From contig CDLV01000016.1 of NCBI GenBank assembly GCA_001244265.2, forward strand, positions 434,001 to 498,000: a DNA stretch of 64,000 bases, in the 5' to 3' direction. The position numbers and the translations under genes are program-made. The stretch comes from Microbotryum violaceum. Taxonomy: Eukaryota. Below, one piece after another: positions 36,587 to 51,318 of the stretch. Position 1 is the stretch's first letter, and the number at the start of each line of letters is the position of its first letter. A model generated the notes under the pieces. It saw only the letters and a program-made list of their open reading frames with translations. It was not told the DNA's origin and did no database searches.

Positions 36587-37857
36587 CGGATGGTCGTGAA
36601 ACAAATTGTGATCGTGTGCACAGGTTTGCCGCAACAAGTGGGTGGCTCGAAACTGGCGATTGACCGCGTGCTGGCATTGGCTGAAGCGCTAGGCTTGGAA
36701 GCGATGACGTCGATCCGCGATCGATTGCTCGCGCTCCCTGCGCGAAGGAGCATCGAGCGTCTCGTGTCGGCCAAGTAATACGACGAGCAGTCTCCGGCTG
36801 AACGGCTTTTGTGCCGATCTCTATTGATCAATATGAATAGTCAATATATAATAAATGGCTTTGATTTGGGCTTGGGGGCGATTTTCCCCACCACACGGCC
36901 CCGCGAAGAAACCGCCAGCGACCCAACTTCAAACTAACCGGCGCAGATTGCGCCGCCGCGAGCGACGCCCAAAGGGGGGGAAACAGGGGCGATTGACCGG
37001 GTGCGCGTCGTTCTTGATCACCGACAGACTCGGATTTGAGCCGAGAGAACCGACTTGAAGGCGAAGGCAGTCGTAGTCAAAAGGCCCCGCGATGCAGCCG
37101 TCGCGTAAGAAGACGTGGAAGTTTCTTGGCCGCTGCCTCACGAATCGTCCGAAGTATGATTCCTCGGAGTAAATGGTTCTCTGGGAAGGTGATGTGATGG
37201 AGGCTGAAGCCGAAACCCGCGCGGATTTCGGTCGGGATCAAAGCGACTCTTGCTCGAAAGAAGTGTTGCCACGATGTACGCGAGGGCGATTCATGGCTGA
37301 TTTCCATCGATCAAAGTTGAGGAGGTAACGACATCGGTCAACGCCGCATGTAAAAGTGTGAGGGAAAGACGAGCGGAGAGCTTATCCAAGGCCGATCTAG
37401 GGGCTCTCGCCGACTCCGAGTCGGAAGAGGCATCTGTAACCATATGAACAGGAAAAGTATGGTCCCGTTGAGAAGGGTCCGTAGTAGATATGTCGAAGAA
37501 GAATGTCTATGTAATGCCCAGCTAAGGCCTCGGCAGGTGACACTGGAAGCGTGGAAAAGGTAGGAAATGAAAAATACGGGGCCAAAGAGGGAGCTTTGAG
37601 GAGCGACACATTCAGGGCCGGAGCTGGCCATGTGGAAGGTGTAAAGCCAAATGTGGCCGTATGATAGAAGTACAGCGAATATGGCCGTACGATAGAAGTA
37701 AAGCCGCGAACAATTGAAAATCGTAGGTGGTGTCGAGCGAAAGCCCTTGTCGTCAGAGCGGCGAAAGCTAAAGTCTAGGTACTCACGAAAGGTGTCCGGA
37801 GGCTGGTAACGCTGAAACAGCACTCCTTGAGGAAACAAAAGACGGTCGAACGGGGGA

Positions 37858-37875
37858 CCCCCCCCCCCCCCCCCC
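37858..37875. repeat. C18 homopolymer (G18 on minus strand)
   Basis: Direct reading. Confidence 0.9.
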
Positions 37876-38798
37876 GACGGGGATCGCTGCTGATCTGGCC
37901 GCGTTAGACGCGATGTCAAACAACTCCAACGAGACCGTAAGCGGCGAGTCCATGTATCATACATGACCTGACGAAATATTCGGTGGATAAGAGGGCTCTA
38001 GAGGACGAGAAGAATCGCACAAGGTACTATGGGTGCCAAGAGCAAGACGAACTAGGGTGCGCCTCTCCACTGTCCAGTGAAAGTCGAGGTCCCTCGCTAT
38101 AGCGTCCGCTCCGACCAATCCGCAATGCTCTGATAACTGCCCTCTTCCTTCTCTCCGCGCGGAAGCCTGCATATCTTCCTCGTTGGGGTGCATTACGTGT
38201 TGCGGTTATGGGTGTTCTCCCCAAATAACGTGTAGCGCAACTTTGAGGAGGGTGATGAGGGTGAGAGTCCGGACCCATCATCATACATGAGCTGGTGCTT
38301 GGTGCCGAATTTTGAGTTCGCGATTGGCTCAGGGCTGGCGCTGGGGTGCTCTTGATATGACAACCGCTTGGGAGGCTCAGAGCGCCATGACCTATGTTGC
38401 TGTTGGAGTCCCGGAGCTCTGCTACCGTCATTGAGCGTGTCCCTGTGCAGTGGTCGGGCCGCAGGAGGGCAAGTCGAGGTCGCCTTGCACGAGCCGTGAC
38501 CGCTGCTGTCTAGCTTTTGTTTCTGAGCAGACGCCTGGTACCTGTTTTTACCCACGCGCGGGCAAGTTCAGTTACAGGGCAAGTTCGGATACAGAAGACC
38601 GTGCTCCCGGCGGACTCGGGCCCGAGATGAGCTCTTGACGATGATGATTTAACCTATGTAACAATCCGATAGTTACTTCAGGAAACATGCACTATGCGCT
38701 CGATACTAATGGATCGATAGCAACAATTGAGCCCCTGAGAATGACTGCCAGTATGCAGAAGAAGACAGCGCGCCGAATCCCCTAAACTGAGAAGACGC

Positions 38799-41141
38799 TC
38801 AAATCAAATAGCGGAACTCGGGATGCTTGAAGCCAAGGGCGACCTGTTCCGCCTCAGTCAGTCCTTCGAGCCGGTGATCGCGTTTTCCCTCGTCACGCTG
38901 CTTGTTCTCCCACTTGCAGTACGCGGTGATGCCAAGAGCGATCAACGCAGGCATGACAGCGGCCGCGACGTTGAGCGAGTTTCCGGGCTTGTAGCGGGGT
39001 GCATACTTGGGCAAATAGGCCCACGTCGCCACAATTGATCCTGATCAATGACACAGATAAAGTTTAGTCACCTAGTCCAATCCCATGCAGAGCCTAGAGG
39101 ACTCACCCCACGTTCCGACCGCCGGAACCAGGGCCGAAGTGATCGCGCGAGAGGTTTCGGGGGAAGCGTTGGCTACGGCCCAACTCAGGAAGACAGGACC
39201 ACAGGGCACAGCACCCGAGTACGTGATGAAGGTTGCAAAGTAGAGCACTTTATTGTTGTGGACGGTCAAGAAGAGGATGTATCCGATCGTGCTGAAGCAG
39301 CACGTGAAAGCGATCCAGATGCCGTGCTTGCGAGTGCGCTGGCAGAGCCATGAGATGAAGATGGACCAGAACGTGGCGAGGACGTAAGGGGGAACAGAGC
39401 GAAGTTGAACTGATTACCACGGTAGGAACGGATCCAATCAGTTCTCACTTCTCGAGGCCGAACGCGATGGCTTCACATGAAAGCCTGGAGCCGCAAGGGA
39501 CGTCCATTCTGGTGAATTCAAAACTCACCTTCGACGGGGGTGAATTTGCCCAGAGTACGAATGACGGTAGGCAAGAAGAGTGCGGCTCCTTGAACTTGGA
39601 TGTTGATGAAGCCATATCCGAGGCAGCAAAGCCAGGTGAGGGTGTTGCTCAGGCCATGCTTAAGCGACTTGGAGTTGGTCTTGTCCTTCTGCGCGCCTAA
39701 CTGTTCGATCGCAACGCGTTTCACAGCCAAAGCGCGCTCCGCCTCGTTCAAGAAGCGGGCCGTTTCAGGGGACGTGGGGATGAGGAAGAAGCTCATGGCT
39801 CCGACAGCAGTGGTGATGATGCCTTCGACTGTTCCGCGCGCAGTAGATCACCAAGGAATGGTGTCAGCAGCACAATCGAAGACAGGACTTGAAGCATGTG
39901 GCACTTACCCAGGAAGATGCAGCGCCATCCCTTTACAGATCCAATCGTCTGCTTGATCAAAGCACCAGCGAGTAAACCGCCAAAAGCACCGGACAGCGAG
40001 GGGCCGAGAGCTGTTCAGTGGAAGATGATAAGATTAGTCGCTCATTCGGTCGCAAGAGTATTCAATTGATCGGGAATACAAAAGTAGCTCACCAAGGAAG
40101 ATACCGATACGTAAGACGAGCTCGTGGCGACGGTAGAAGCGACCCAGGACGAAGGCGATGCCGGGAATAGCTCCACCTTCGGCCAGCCCGAGTAGAACGC
40201 GGACGGCCAAGAACTCGTGATAGTTTTTGACGAAGGCCGAGCCGATCGTGATGACACCGAACATGACGACTAAAGCCGAAAGCCACATGCCTCCAACTTT
40301 TTTGAGGGCCTACCAGTGGCGAAGAATGCGTGGGCCGTCAGCACAGATCTAGCGCGCCCCTGTCCTCGCGCGGCGCGGCGCTATTCCTCGTCCCTTCTGC
40401 CGAGCTTACCAAGTTAGAGAAAGGTTCCACCAGCACATAAGCAACGTAGAAAATCTTTTAGGTGCGACCAATGCAGCAACGGGTGCAAGGGGTCACGATC
40501 CCCGATCCGACAAACAGTGGGAAAGGAAAAGCAGGTGCGAAAGAAAAAAGGGCCCGTCAGCTCGAGGAAAGCTGACCCAAGAGCTTGAAGCAAGCCAATT
40601 CTTACCATGAGTGAAATGTTGTATTCATAACCAACGAGTTTGAGGTCCTTGGAGAGTCCAGCGACGTTCGCGTTCCCGACAGCGGATCGATCTTTTAGAG
40701 CCGCGAAAAAGCGCAGGAGGTCAGGAACCAGATGAAGATACAGCCAGAACGACCCTACTGGAGACGTACCGATGAAGTTAAGCAAGAACATGAGAGTTAC
40801 TAGGGGCAAGATCCAAAGGCTATGGTAGATTCAATGAGTGATCAGCGTCTCGCTTCGAGGGCCGCTAGATCACTGTGTCTGTCGCTGAAGGAGCTTCGAG
40901 CGGCCCCGCGCTCCGAGCTACGGCAAGCGAACCTCGCCCGCAAAGGAGGGGCCCTCATCTTTGCAGCATTTTGCCCACAGAAAAGAGAACAGTGACGAGA
41001 AAGGCAGCAGTCGATTTACTCGAGTTTCATCACAAGCTTGCGTTCGGCAGTTGCATCGATGGATGATTCGAGCTCGGCAATCTCATCGATGTGCTCCACC
41101 ACGGCCTTCTCGTCGGCGTAAGCGCCATCCATTTGAGTCAT
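38799..41141 (-). CDS. MFS transporter, anion:cation symporter family (Dal5/Tna1-like)
   Basis: ERKLVMKLD|LWILP, DRSAVGNANVAGL, RVLLGLAEGG..PG, FYRRHEL..RIGIF, GWRCIFLVEG, ENKQRD..HPEFRY. Exons join without stops. Confidence 0.9.
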
Positions 41142-42621
41142 CTTGAGTCTTGAACTGGCAGTAAATTGAAAAGGCTGAAGTTGAGAACGTTAAGCACCAA
41201 GAGTGTGGCGTGAAGATAAGGATGGACCGATGAAGGGTGAGCAGAAAGAAGAGTGGAGAGCGGGGCTCCGTTGTCAGATCGCTTCGCGCGGTTTGCTTGG
41301 CGTTCAGGACTGGCACCTCGGAATCCGCGAATGTCTCGAATCCTCTCCTTGACTTTGTTCCTCAACGAGCCGCCAAAAATAATGGCGGTTCGAGGCGCTT
41401 TGCGGAGTTGCGAGCGCGGCGTCCCCGCGCGGGACGCGGCTGTGGTGTTTTCCCGCCAAACATCAAAACTTGCTGAATCTCGTCGATCAGAACGCTGCGC
41501 CGTCCGTTCGCGGGCAAGTTTAGGCGCCGCCAGTGGCGGCCCAATAGTGGACGTGGTCAATGTGGAAAGTCTATGGTAATGTCAAATCAGAAGGTCCTGC
41601 CCCTATAAGCTACCTACCTATCTGCCTACTGTGAGCAGTAGCACTCTATACAGCTCAGGTAGGTAGATGTTTAACGGAATATTCCTCGTCTTTTCGGAAT
41701 CCGGACGCTCCGGCCTCCCCGGCGCTGGCGGCCTTCGCCTTCGCCGACGTCTTTTGCAGGTCGTTGGTCGTCGTCGGTCGCCGTCGTTCGAGTTGTGCCA
41801 TTACCTAGCCCATGGCCAACAAGAGCACGATGTACGCAAGCCAAAATCAAAAGAAACACAGACACAGTAGGAGTCAATGTCATGGTTCACCGCCCGAGCG
41901 GCATGCACTGGCAGCACTGCAGTGTCTTGGGCTCGAACTAGGTAGCCCGTGAGATCGGCGCCTGATTAAAATCGATGCAAAATTGCCACCGTTGGCGTCG
42001 CGAGCACCTGAGGTGTAGCGCACGCTCAAACCCCTCCACCCAAAGTTAGGTGTAGCGTAATGTTGACCACTCGCCGCCTACCGCGGACGGCGGTCACCTG
42101 ATGAACAGTCGAACCCGGCCATTCCTCAAACACCGCACGGTCTGAACCAGGGAATCATCGCTAGATCTCAGCCCAGCTTCAACCTTGAGCGAGATGTGGG
42201 TGCCGTGACGCCGTCCGCCGAATGAAGCCTCGGCTCGAACCCCTAAGTTGGCTCTCCCCGAATTTGTCTGCCGTGACAAGGCTTTCGCGCGTCGTTCGCT
42301 CGCGTCGGCCACCTGTTTTCCATACAGCAGTAAGGGTCGGTAATGTATGCTAATCCAGTGAAATTCATGCCAACTTCGCAACAACCTCCGAGGGGAGTGT
42401 CAGAATTCAAGGACTAGAAGAGGCGACCATGCCCTTTCCACCATTGCTGATCGAATTAGTGCAATAATACTGTAGAAAGGATTTAGGCATGCTCTCACAG
42501 TGCAGAGGACGAAACAGAGGGTAGAAACACGAAGTCTACAGACATTCTAGCACTGGGTTTTGCCACTTCTATCTCCTAGAAGTAGTTCTGGGAACTACGT
42601 ACATTCTACGTCTAAGAACGC

Positions 42622-43953
42622 CTACTGAAACTTCTTCACGCTCAACATTGTCGCGACGTCGACTTCTTCAGACCCGCTTTCGCTCGTTGTCTCCTCGGCC
42701 AACAAATCCAGCACTTGTTGACGTGTCGTCCTCAAGGACTCTTTACTGCTCGATCTCGAACCCAATCCAGCCTTTTTTTGCTCGATTACCGCCAAAACGG
42801 CATCTAGCGGGTCATCACCCTTGGCGGGGACACGAAATGAGCCGCCGACTTTGTCGGCCCAGGTGAAGTACTGGCCGTAGTTGCACGTAAAGTATATATG
42901 GTGCAGGGTGTGGTGAGCGGGTCCGTTGATATAGTGTTCGAGCGGGTGGCCACACAGCATGTCGGAGTCGTGAATGAAGATCGACCACAGATTGACGAAC
43001 GTAAAGAGCCCGATGAACATGTACTTGTGGATGGGGAACATGTAACACGCAACATGGTACGGCGCGGACTGCAGATAGCCGTCAACGGGGTGGAAAGCGT
43101 GCGACGCGAAAGGAGAAGGGACTGCGGGGGGAACAAGTTGAAGCGATTGGGGTCAGATACCATTTCGTAATTTTGGGACCAACAAAGAGACATGCAAGGA
43201 ATTGCAACTCACTGATCCACTTGTGATGAGGCTTGTGCAACCGCCTGTAAAGGAAGGGAATGTGCAACCACCGATGTATCCAGTAGATGCAGTAATCGGT
43301 GAACCACAAGAAGAATGCAGCCGAGAACGCCATGTAAGCCCACGGCTTCCATCCACCAGCGGCACCGAATGGCCCCTCTGCGATCGAGTCGTACAGTTGG
43401 GAGTAGCCTCGTACGTCGCCCAGGAACCACGGTAAGGTCAAAAGATCGAGTACCGGGAACGCCTCGAGCGAGAACATGATCTCCTTCCGAACTTGATTCT
43501 TGAGCCACCGCGGGTGAAGCTTCATTCGGTGGTCGAAAATAAAGTAGTACGAGAAGGTCGCTACCGAGAAGTAAAGCAAGAGGATGCCTGAAGTATGGAG
43601 AGGTTTCGGTCGGCACTCGGAAGCCGCGTGGAGGAAAGGAGCGACGGGAACTTACCGACATAGGTTATGCCGTACAAAGAAATGCACTGCCGCAGCACAC
43701 TGTCGCGTGGGAGCACCGAAAGCTCCGGCAAGTCTGCCACGTACTGTGTTACTGTCGAGGTGGTCACGTTCAAGGCTACCGACGAAAGAGATTCTTTGCC
43801 AAGACCGGCGAGTGGGATGTGTAAGCGCGAGTAGATCGCGTCGCCGGCGTACTCGTCAAAATCTGTCAAGGAGTGCCTGCGCAGGTTAGCGTCACGAGGC
43901 ATAGCTACGAATATACTACCGGCTATCAACTGACAATGTAGCGCAATGTCCAT
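42622..43953 (-). CDS. ERG3: C-5 sterol desaturase
   Basis: MDIAL start, SYYFIFD..HPRWLKNQ, three His boxes HRWLH, HKPHH and HTLHH, and NYGQYFTWAD. Confidence 0.95.
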
Positions 43954-45371
43954 ATTGTTACGCTACGTGATAACTGTCAGAAGGGCTTCGGTTTTCGGTG
44001 CGCTTGACTCTCGATGCGCTTGAATGAGAGGTATCGGAGAGCGACGGGGTTGTAGGTTCGAACCTGAAGGGGAGTCGGCCTCGAAGAGTCAGCGGACGTC
44101 ACGAGAAGACCAAAGGTATCGTCGAACTCGATAACGTGAATGATCCTATGCACTCGTGGCCTCGGCCTTGCCTTGCTCGCGTCGGCATGAACGAGCGTCG
44201 CACCTGGACCGCGCGCAGCTGGCAGCTCGCATCTACCTCTGGAATTGGGCCTCGGGTATCCTCGGGCACGCATCCACTACTCCGGCGCCGCATGACTTAC
44301 CTTCGATGGTATAAGGATTGGCCTGAGACCAAGAGAAGAAGAAGCAGGCAGGTTCGCCCAAAAAACAAGTCGATCGATCTTGATCACGAGTTCGTGCGCG
44401 CGCGTGATTTTGGCCGTCAAATCAACGGAGGGGAACTCTGTTGTGCGATCCACAACAGGTGTCAGTGCCGCGACGCGGGTGCACGCTTTGCCTCGCATAA
44501 CATAAACAGAGCGACGCGGTCGAACATCGGAAGAAACGATGCATCCAAGGCCGCCGCCAAAGTCACTAGTGTGACCACGCTTGGGTATCCCCAATCCGCC
44601 ATAACACGGGATCAGGTTTAGGGCCGCAAGAGGACGGGTCAGGCCACCGCGTCGCGCGGTCCGACGAGGACCACCACCGGGCGCCACAGCGGTCACCGCA
44701 TCAAAAGGAGATAGCGCAGCGGGACGGCTCCAGTCTTAGCCAGCGGAGTCGAGAGAATGACCATAGCATGTACTTACGTTCGGGTCGTTGCTTGCCGGGA
44801 GGGGCGCGGGCGAGGAGGGTACACGACGTCCGAGACGAGTGACAAGGCGTTGTTTTGCGAGATGAAGAGTGCGAGCCTCGGCAGCGCGGAGCCGATCCGT
44901 CGTCTCGCCCTCGAAAGCTGTCTCTAGCAAGGACCTCATCTCGGACTTGTTCGAGCCGGTCTGAGTGTGCGCCGCCGCATGCGCACTCAGAAGCAGCTCT
45001 TCTGGACCCGAATCTTACGTCTTCGGGCAGATCAAAATTAACGCTTCTAGCCCCTTCAAGCCTTATCATGCCATGACTCTTTGATTGCCGTCGCCGGGAT
45101 CCGCGACTCCGCGACTCCGCGGAGAAGCCGCGGGCGGGCACTAGGCGGGAGCGCACTTCTAGTGGCGTTGCTTGCCACTTCTCGACCACTCCATTCATTG
45201 GTCATCCGATCCCGACGCGAGGCGTTCTTCTTCGAGCCGGAGGTGTCGAATAATCAGATTGCGCTGACATACTGTAACGGTGAACGCCCTTGTACGCTAT
45301 ATGCTTTATGTGGACCCTGATAGAGTTCTCTCTGTCAATCAATCGGAGTTGGAGAGCTTCACCAAGCCGGC

Positions 45372-45730
<359 letters not shown>

Positions 45731-45955
45731 TGCAATCCGGGGGCCAGAATTAGTCACGGGCCGTTCGCGACTGCGATCAAAACATCCTGAATCATCTCTT
45801 CCAAAAATAGACTTCTGGGACCTATTCTTGCTCTGTGTCCTTGTTTTGTTTAGAGCTATCAAAATACTCGACCAAGCGCGCCAATTCCAAGCCACACCGG
45901 CTGTGCTACGACAACTTCAAGACGCCTTGTGCCGGCAACATACATCAACAACCCA

Positions 45956-48900
45956 CTAATCAACCATCGCCCGTTGAATGGCCTTGTACACCTTACCGTC
46001 GTCCCTCCTCCTCGTGCCGCGCGCACGCCTCCATTTGCGCTGCAACTCGCCGATCAACTTCGTTAGTCGGCTCGCACCGTATTCTTCGAACGTCCAACAT
46101 GTCGCTGTGTTGGCGATCAACAACAACAACAACTCAAGATGAAACTCGTGCGGAAGCGAGATGAGCTGCAAGAGCGCAAAGATCGGCCCCGACGTCGTGA
46201 AGAGTGTGTAGATCGAAAAGACGGTCAACGCGGCCAACGCAGCGACGAGCCATCGGTTCGAGTATAAAGGTTTGCGATAAGGAGGGCCAACGCAAAAGAT
46301 GAAGGCGACGAGGACGTATTGGAACGAACTAATCAGGAAAAGGGCTGTGTTCTCATACGAGACGATGTCGAGCTCGTCGGGGTCGATCTCGGGCGGGGTG
46401 TACCAAGATTGCGCACGGACGAAGAAAAAGGTGATGAATTGGAATACCGACGTGAGCGCGATCTGGCCGATGAGACTGGTCAGGACCTTCTTCGAGACCA
46501 ACGACGCGGTCGGTCGCTTGGGGTGGACGCGGGGGAAGGCTTCGGTGCGACCCATGGTGACGGCGATGGGCAAGATAAGGAAAAGGTCGATGTACAAGAA
46601 TTGAAAATCCCCCAAGGTGGATGCGATAGAGTAGAGCAGGGTGACCGTGGTAAACTGGATCAAAGAGTACAACGCCCTGTAGCAAAGAATAAGACGGGCA
46701 TGGTCAGCCAAGGACCGACTAGGAAGGCACGAAAGAGTCACTCACATGAACTTGAAGCAACTGAAGCTTGTGACGAGAGCCGCTCGACCCTCTTTGATGA
46801 CCTCGATGAAGCACCGAATGTCGGGTTGACGACTTGTGAACGGGGCAGCAACGCTGGCTTCAGCTTCGGACAAACTGAGCCCGACATCGGCGGCCTTGAG
46901 GGCACCACAATCGTTGGCGCCGTCGCCGCAAAACCCGACGGTGTAGCCCAAAGACTGCAAGCGTTCGACGAGCTCGTGCTTCTCGTCGGGCGACATACGC
47001 GCAAAAATGATGCCCTTGACGAGCATCCGCTGCAGCGTTTCGAGCGCCCCAAAGTCCATCATCCAGCGGAACACGTCGCCAGAGACAGCTAAGTGGTATT
47101 CACGCCGTGACCTCTCGTCGCTGTAGCCGCTGTAGCTGCTCCGATCATCGTCGGTAACGAGCGGCATTAGTGAGTAAGGGTCGAGCTTGCGCCCCTCGTC
47201 GTCAACGTCGGCCCATTCGATTGTCGATCGAGGCGTCGAGGAGTTTCCTTTTAGGAACGTCGGAAGGTAGACCCGAGCCGAGCCCGGGACCATACCACAC
47301 TCGCGCCCGACCGAGATTGCGGTTCGGACGTTGTCGCCTGTCACCATCCTCGTCGGGATGTGCGCAGCGCGCAGCGTTGCGATCGCCGGCGCCGTCCCCG
47401 GTTTGAGCTTGTTTTCGAAGACGATAATGCCCAAGAAGCGGAGGTCGGATTCGACGACCTCCCGCTTTAGCCGTTGGGCTTTGATCCATGTCAACCCAGG
47501 CATCGATTTGCCGGCGAGGGCAATGACGCGGAAACCGTGCTTGGTGTAGTAGGCCAGCATCTCCTCATAGTCGTCCGGCAGGGTGGTCTTGTCGCAGATC
47601 TCGAGCATGACCTCGGGAGCACCTTTGACGTAGACTTCGACGGAAGTCGACTTGAGCTTCTTGACGAGCACGCTCATCCTTCGCAGTGACGATACAAAGT
47701 CGAAGGTCCGCAACACGCCCAACTCGAGAAAGTGCGCATGCTTGGACCCGGCCTTGAGCGCGTCTTCGAGCTTAAATGATTCGCCTCCGGGTGGGCGTAC
47801 CACAGTCTGCACGAGCGTGGCGGCACGTTCGGGGACCTTGGATGATGCCGAACCCGGCGTAGCGGCCGCTCGAGCCGACGAGGCGTGCTTCCTGTGTTTG
47901 GCGGCCTCTGAGTTCGGGGCCTTCGTCTTCGCCGCCTCTTTGCCTTCCTCGAGCGTCCAGTTGGTGAAGTCGAACATCCTCAGGTCGAGCGGATCACCAA
48001 TGACTTCGCCATCGACAATCTTGAGCGCATGGCACGTAGCCAATGCATGCAGCAGCGGTGTCTTAGCATCGGCGGCCCCAAAGATGGGCACGTTGTCGGC
48101 GTCGTGTTCCAAGTCGGCGAACTTATTGGTCGAGCGCACAACACTTCGCACGCCAAGCACGTCGAGGCCCTCCTCCGTCAGCGTCCCCGTCTTGTCAAAG
48201 CAGACAATGTTGACCTTGCCCCCAATGTTAACTCGACTCGGCGAGATGCAAAAGATGCCAATCTTGCGAAGTCGGGAGATTGCGAATGAGGTTCCGATCG
48301 ACATTGTCGCAGGCAGAGCGGGAGGGACGACGATAGTGACGAGATCCAACGCGCGGATGACAATGACGGACCAGGAGATGCCGAGCTTGATAAAGTTGAC
48401 CGAAGACGCTATGAAACCAAGCACGGCCACCATGGCAAGCACTCCGATAAATCGAAACGAGTCGCGGTAAAAGGCGAAGCCAAAGGGTTTGGGGAAGAGC
48501 ATCGAGCGGACCAAAGCCCCTTTGGTCGTGTTGAAACCTGCGTTGCCAAGAGGAAGCACAGTGTCAGTATATCTACAATGCGGTCAAGTCCTCCCGAGGT
48601 CTTTAGTAGCTCACCCGTCCTCATGACCATTGCCAAGGCTTCGGGCTCGCCGCCCCCAATGCTGATCGGGCTCGTCTTCCGAATGCGAATGATCTTGGTA
48701 CCACTGAACACGACATGCCTCGACAGATCGGGCGAGACGTCACCGCCAGGTGCCGAGATCCACAAAATTCCAGCTGGTTCAACGGGGTACTTGGACACGG
48801 GAACCGATTCGCCGGTCAGCATCGACTCGTTGACGATCGCGTCACCCGAGAGCAAAACCAAGTCTGCGGGGAAGGTGTTGAGGGATGTCTCGGACAGGTC

Positions 48901-51318
48901 GACAATATCGCCGGGGACGAGCGCGTCCGAAACGTCCGAAGTCCCTGCGCAGTGTGGAGTCACTTACTCAGCTCGTGCGTTCGGCTGCAATGTATTGTAT
49001 CGCTCTACTCACATTGGGAATCACGGAGGACCCTGACGGGGCAGGAGAACCTCGACATTTCCCTCATTCGTTCAATGTTCTGCGGGACCATCATCGGCAC
49101 AATGAGTATAGGGTCGCATTCAATCTGCGGTCCATGGCCGTGCGTACCCCTTTGGTCTCGATCAAAGTCGAAACGATAGACGCGACACTGATGATGGCGA
49201 TCGCGAATGCGTAATAGTAATAATCGTCGACACACCACAGCGCGATCGAGAAGATCTGGAAGATGTAAAACGGGTGCAGCACCTCGTCCATCAGAAGCTG
49301 CACGATCCCCCGCGCTTTGATGTCGATCGCGTTCTGCCCAAACAGTGAATGTCGAGTGTGTGCATCTGTCGAGGACAAGCCTTTGCGGAGCGACATCGGA
49401 GTCGTCCATGTAGGGTCCTTCCATTCGCTACGAGGATACGCGGATACGCGAATACGAATTCAGTCTACATCCTTTAAAGCTCTGTGCGCATCTCCAAAAG
49501 TACTTACCGAACCATTCTAAATTCTCCTTCCGGGTGCAGCAAGAAACGGTAGTACCGATAGTCGAGGTACTGCAGCTGCGTAATCGCCGGCCCCTTGACC
49601 TTTTTGCCCTTGTGGTTCGTGGCAATCACGCTTGGCGGTTGGCCAGCAAAAGAGACCGGTACAGCCCCATTCTCACCTGCGTTCGCGGATAATCCGGCGA
49701 ACGGGATCGAGCTTGGAGTGTTCACACCCGCTTCGGTCTCAGGCGCGCCTTCGTCAACGGGCTTCGAAGAGTTGCGGGAGTGGGTCACGTCGTCACGATG
49801 CGCAGGCGGTGTGACGAGCGACGGGGGAAAAGCTGTGGAGAGGGCGAGGGGTTTCGAGAGTTGAAAGGTTTCGATGGGAAGAATCTGGGGTTCGTGGTGG
49901 AAGCACTAGAAATACACGGTAACGCGATGTCAGATGAGCTCATTGACCCCCGTCTTTCTCGAAAAGCGTTCGTAGCTTCTTCGACTCACCTCAACAACAA
50001 CATACGAAGCCTTTCTGAACTCGCCTGGCGTACCCACGCATTTCAACCAAAGTTTGGGTAGCCACCGCCCAAGTAGCCACAAGCTTCCACCGGTAAGAAT
50101 GCACCCGAGTGTCCATAACGCGACTCTCCACCTTGAAACGTGCAACCCGACCAAGCGAAGGGGTAAATCTTCATCAGGAATATAGACGCTCTGGCTGGCC
50201 TGCAATCCGCCGGCCTTGCGCCGCCGTTCGCCGTCTTCGTCGTCGGTCGAGAACTCGTCCTCGTCGTCCTCGACGTCGCTAGCGAACTCGATGCGGGACT
50301 CGCCGTAGAACGCATCGCCTCCTCCCCCCGGTAGAACCCCCAATAGTCCACCTGCTCCTCTTCGCCGCCGTGGCCCACCTTCATCCTGTGAGGACGACGT
50401 GATGGTCGAGGAAGTCGAAACTGAGTCGGAAGACCCACCATACGGGCCGTACGGGTCGTCGTTATCGTCGATGATCCGATCGCCGGCATAGTCGCTCTCG
50501 GACCGCAACGAGACGGAATCTTCTTCGAGCGAGTCGGTCGACCGTCGCCCTGCCGAGGTTGAGGCAGATTTGCGCGAGGTCGCCGACTCGAGTCGCGGCA
50601 TCGACGGCCTCCCCCTGAGGGCGTTGGATATGCCCTTAAAGAAACCGGATCGAGCGTTTTCCTCCGCGTCATCGTCCTCGTCACTGCCGGCCATGGACGC
50701 GGATCTGTTGGAGCTAAAGCTTTTCCGACTTCTCCGCCTTGACCGACTCTTGCTCTGACTGGACCTCCTTGTGGTGGGTTGAGACCCAGTATCGGTGTCA
50801 TCGCCTTGTTCTGCCTCCGTCTCTGGCTCGGTCTCGGACAGGGCGGCACTGCGAGTGCTCTTTCGCCGCCGTCTCCTCGATCGCTTGGACCTCGACGAGC
50901 GCCTCGCGATGCTCTGGCCGTCATCCTCGGTCTCGGTACCATCGCCCGGGAGCGCCGGTCGTTCGGACGATGCTTCGTCGAAAGAGGCGCGAACAAATTC
51001 CCTTGACGCGCGATCCAACTCGCTGCGACTGCGATTCCTCATCCTGAATGCGCTCATGCTGGTCGGGATCGACCTCGCGACGGGTCCCGCCCAGAGCGAT
51101 CCATCAGGGTCGTCGTAGTCGTCCTCTTGGTAGTCGCCGCGCTGCTCGGCGGTGGCGGCCTCGATTTCGGTCGGGGTCAAGGTCGGGGCCGAGGCGATCT
51201 CCTGGGAGGTGAAGAACTGGGCATCGGTCGAGAGTTCGGACGAGTAGGCGGAGGTGGTTTTGAGGATGGAAGTCGGAGCCGTCTCTTGGGGGGCAGCAGC
51301 AGCAGTGTTTGTGGTCAT
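45956..51318 (-). CDS. YPK9: P5B-type ATPase (Ypk9/ATP13A2 family)
   Basis: HPFYIFQ, ESMLTGESVPV, PPALP (P5B motif), DKTGTLT, TGDN, GDGANDCGALK, EGRAALVTSF; long acidic/Ser-rich N-terminus. Confidence 0.93.

Noticed and set aside
37338-37964. 208-aa hydrophobic-looking minus-strand ORF
   Set aside because: No family motif, atypical composition, and it spans a homopolymer; not supportable as a CDS.
38799-41141. Idea that the Dal5-like permease and allantoicase form an allantoin cluster
   Set aside because: They are 36 kb apart with unrelated genes between, and ACS-family substrate cannot be assigned from motifs.
41610-41666. 10-bp inverted repeat CTACCTACCT/AGGTAGGTAG
   Set aside because: Short, low-complexity, with no target-site duplication.
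42574-42598. Two overlapping 7-bp hairpins just downstream of ERG3
   Set aside because: Too short to distinguish from chance.
50043-50996. Long alternative-frame and antisense ORFs over YPK9, CDC23, CLASP and RhoGAP
   Set aside because: Shadow ORFs expected in GC-rich coding DNA.
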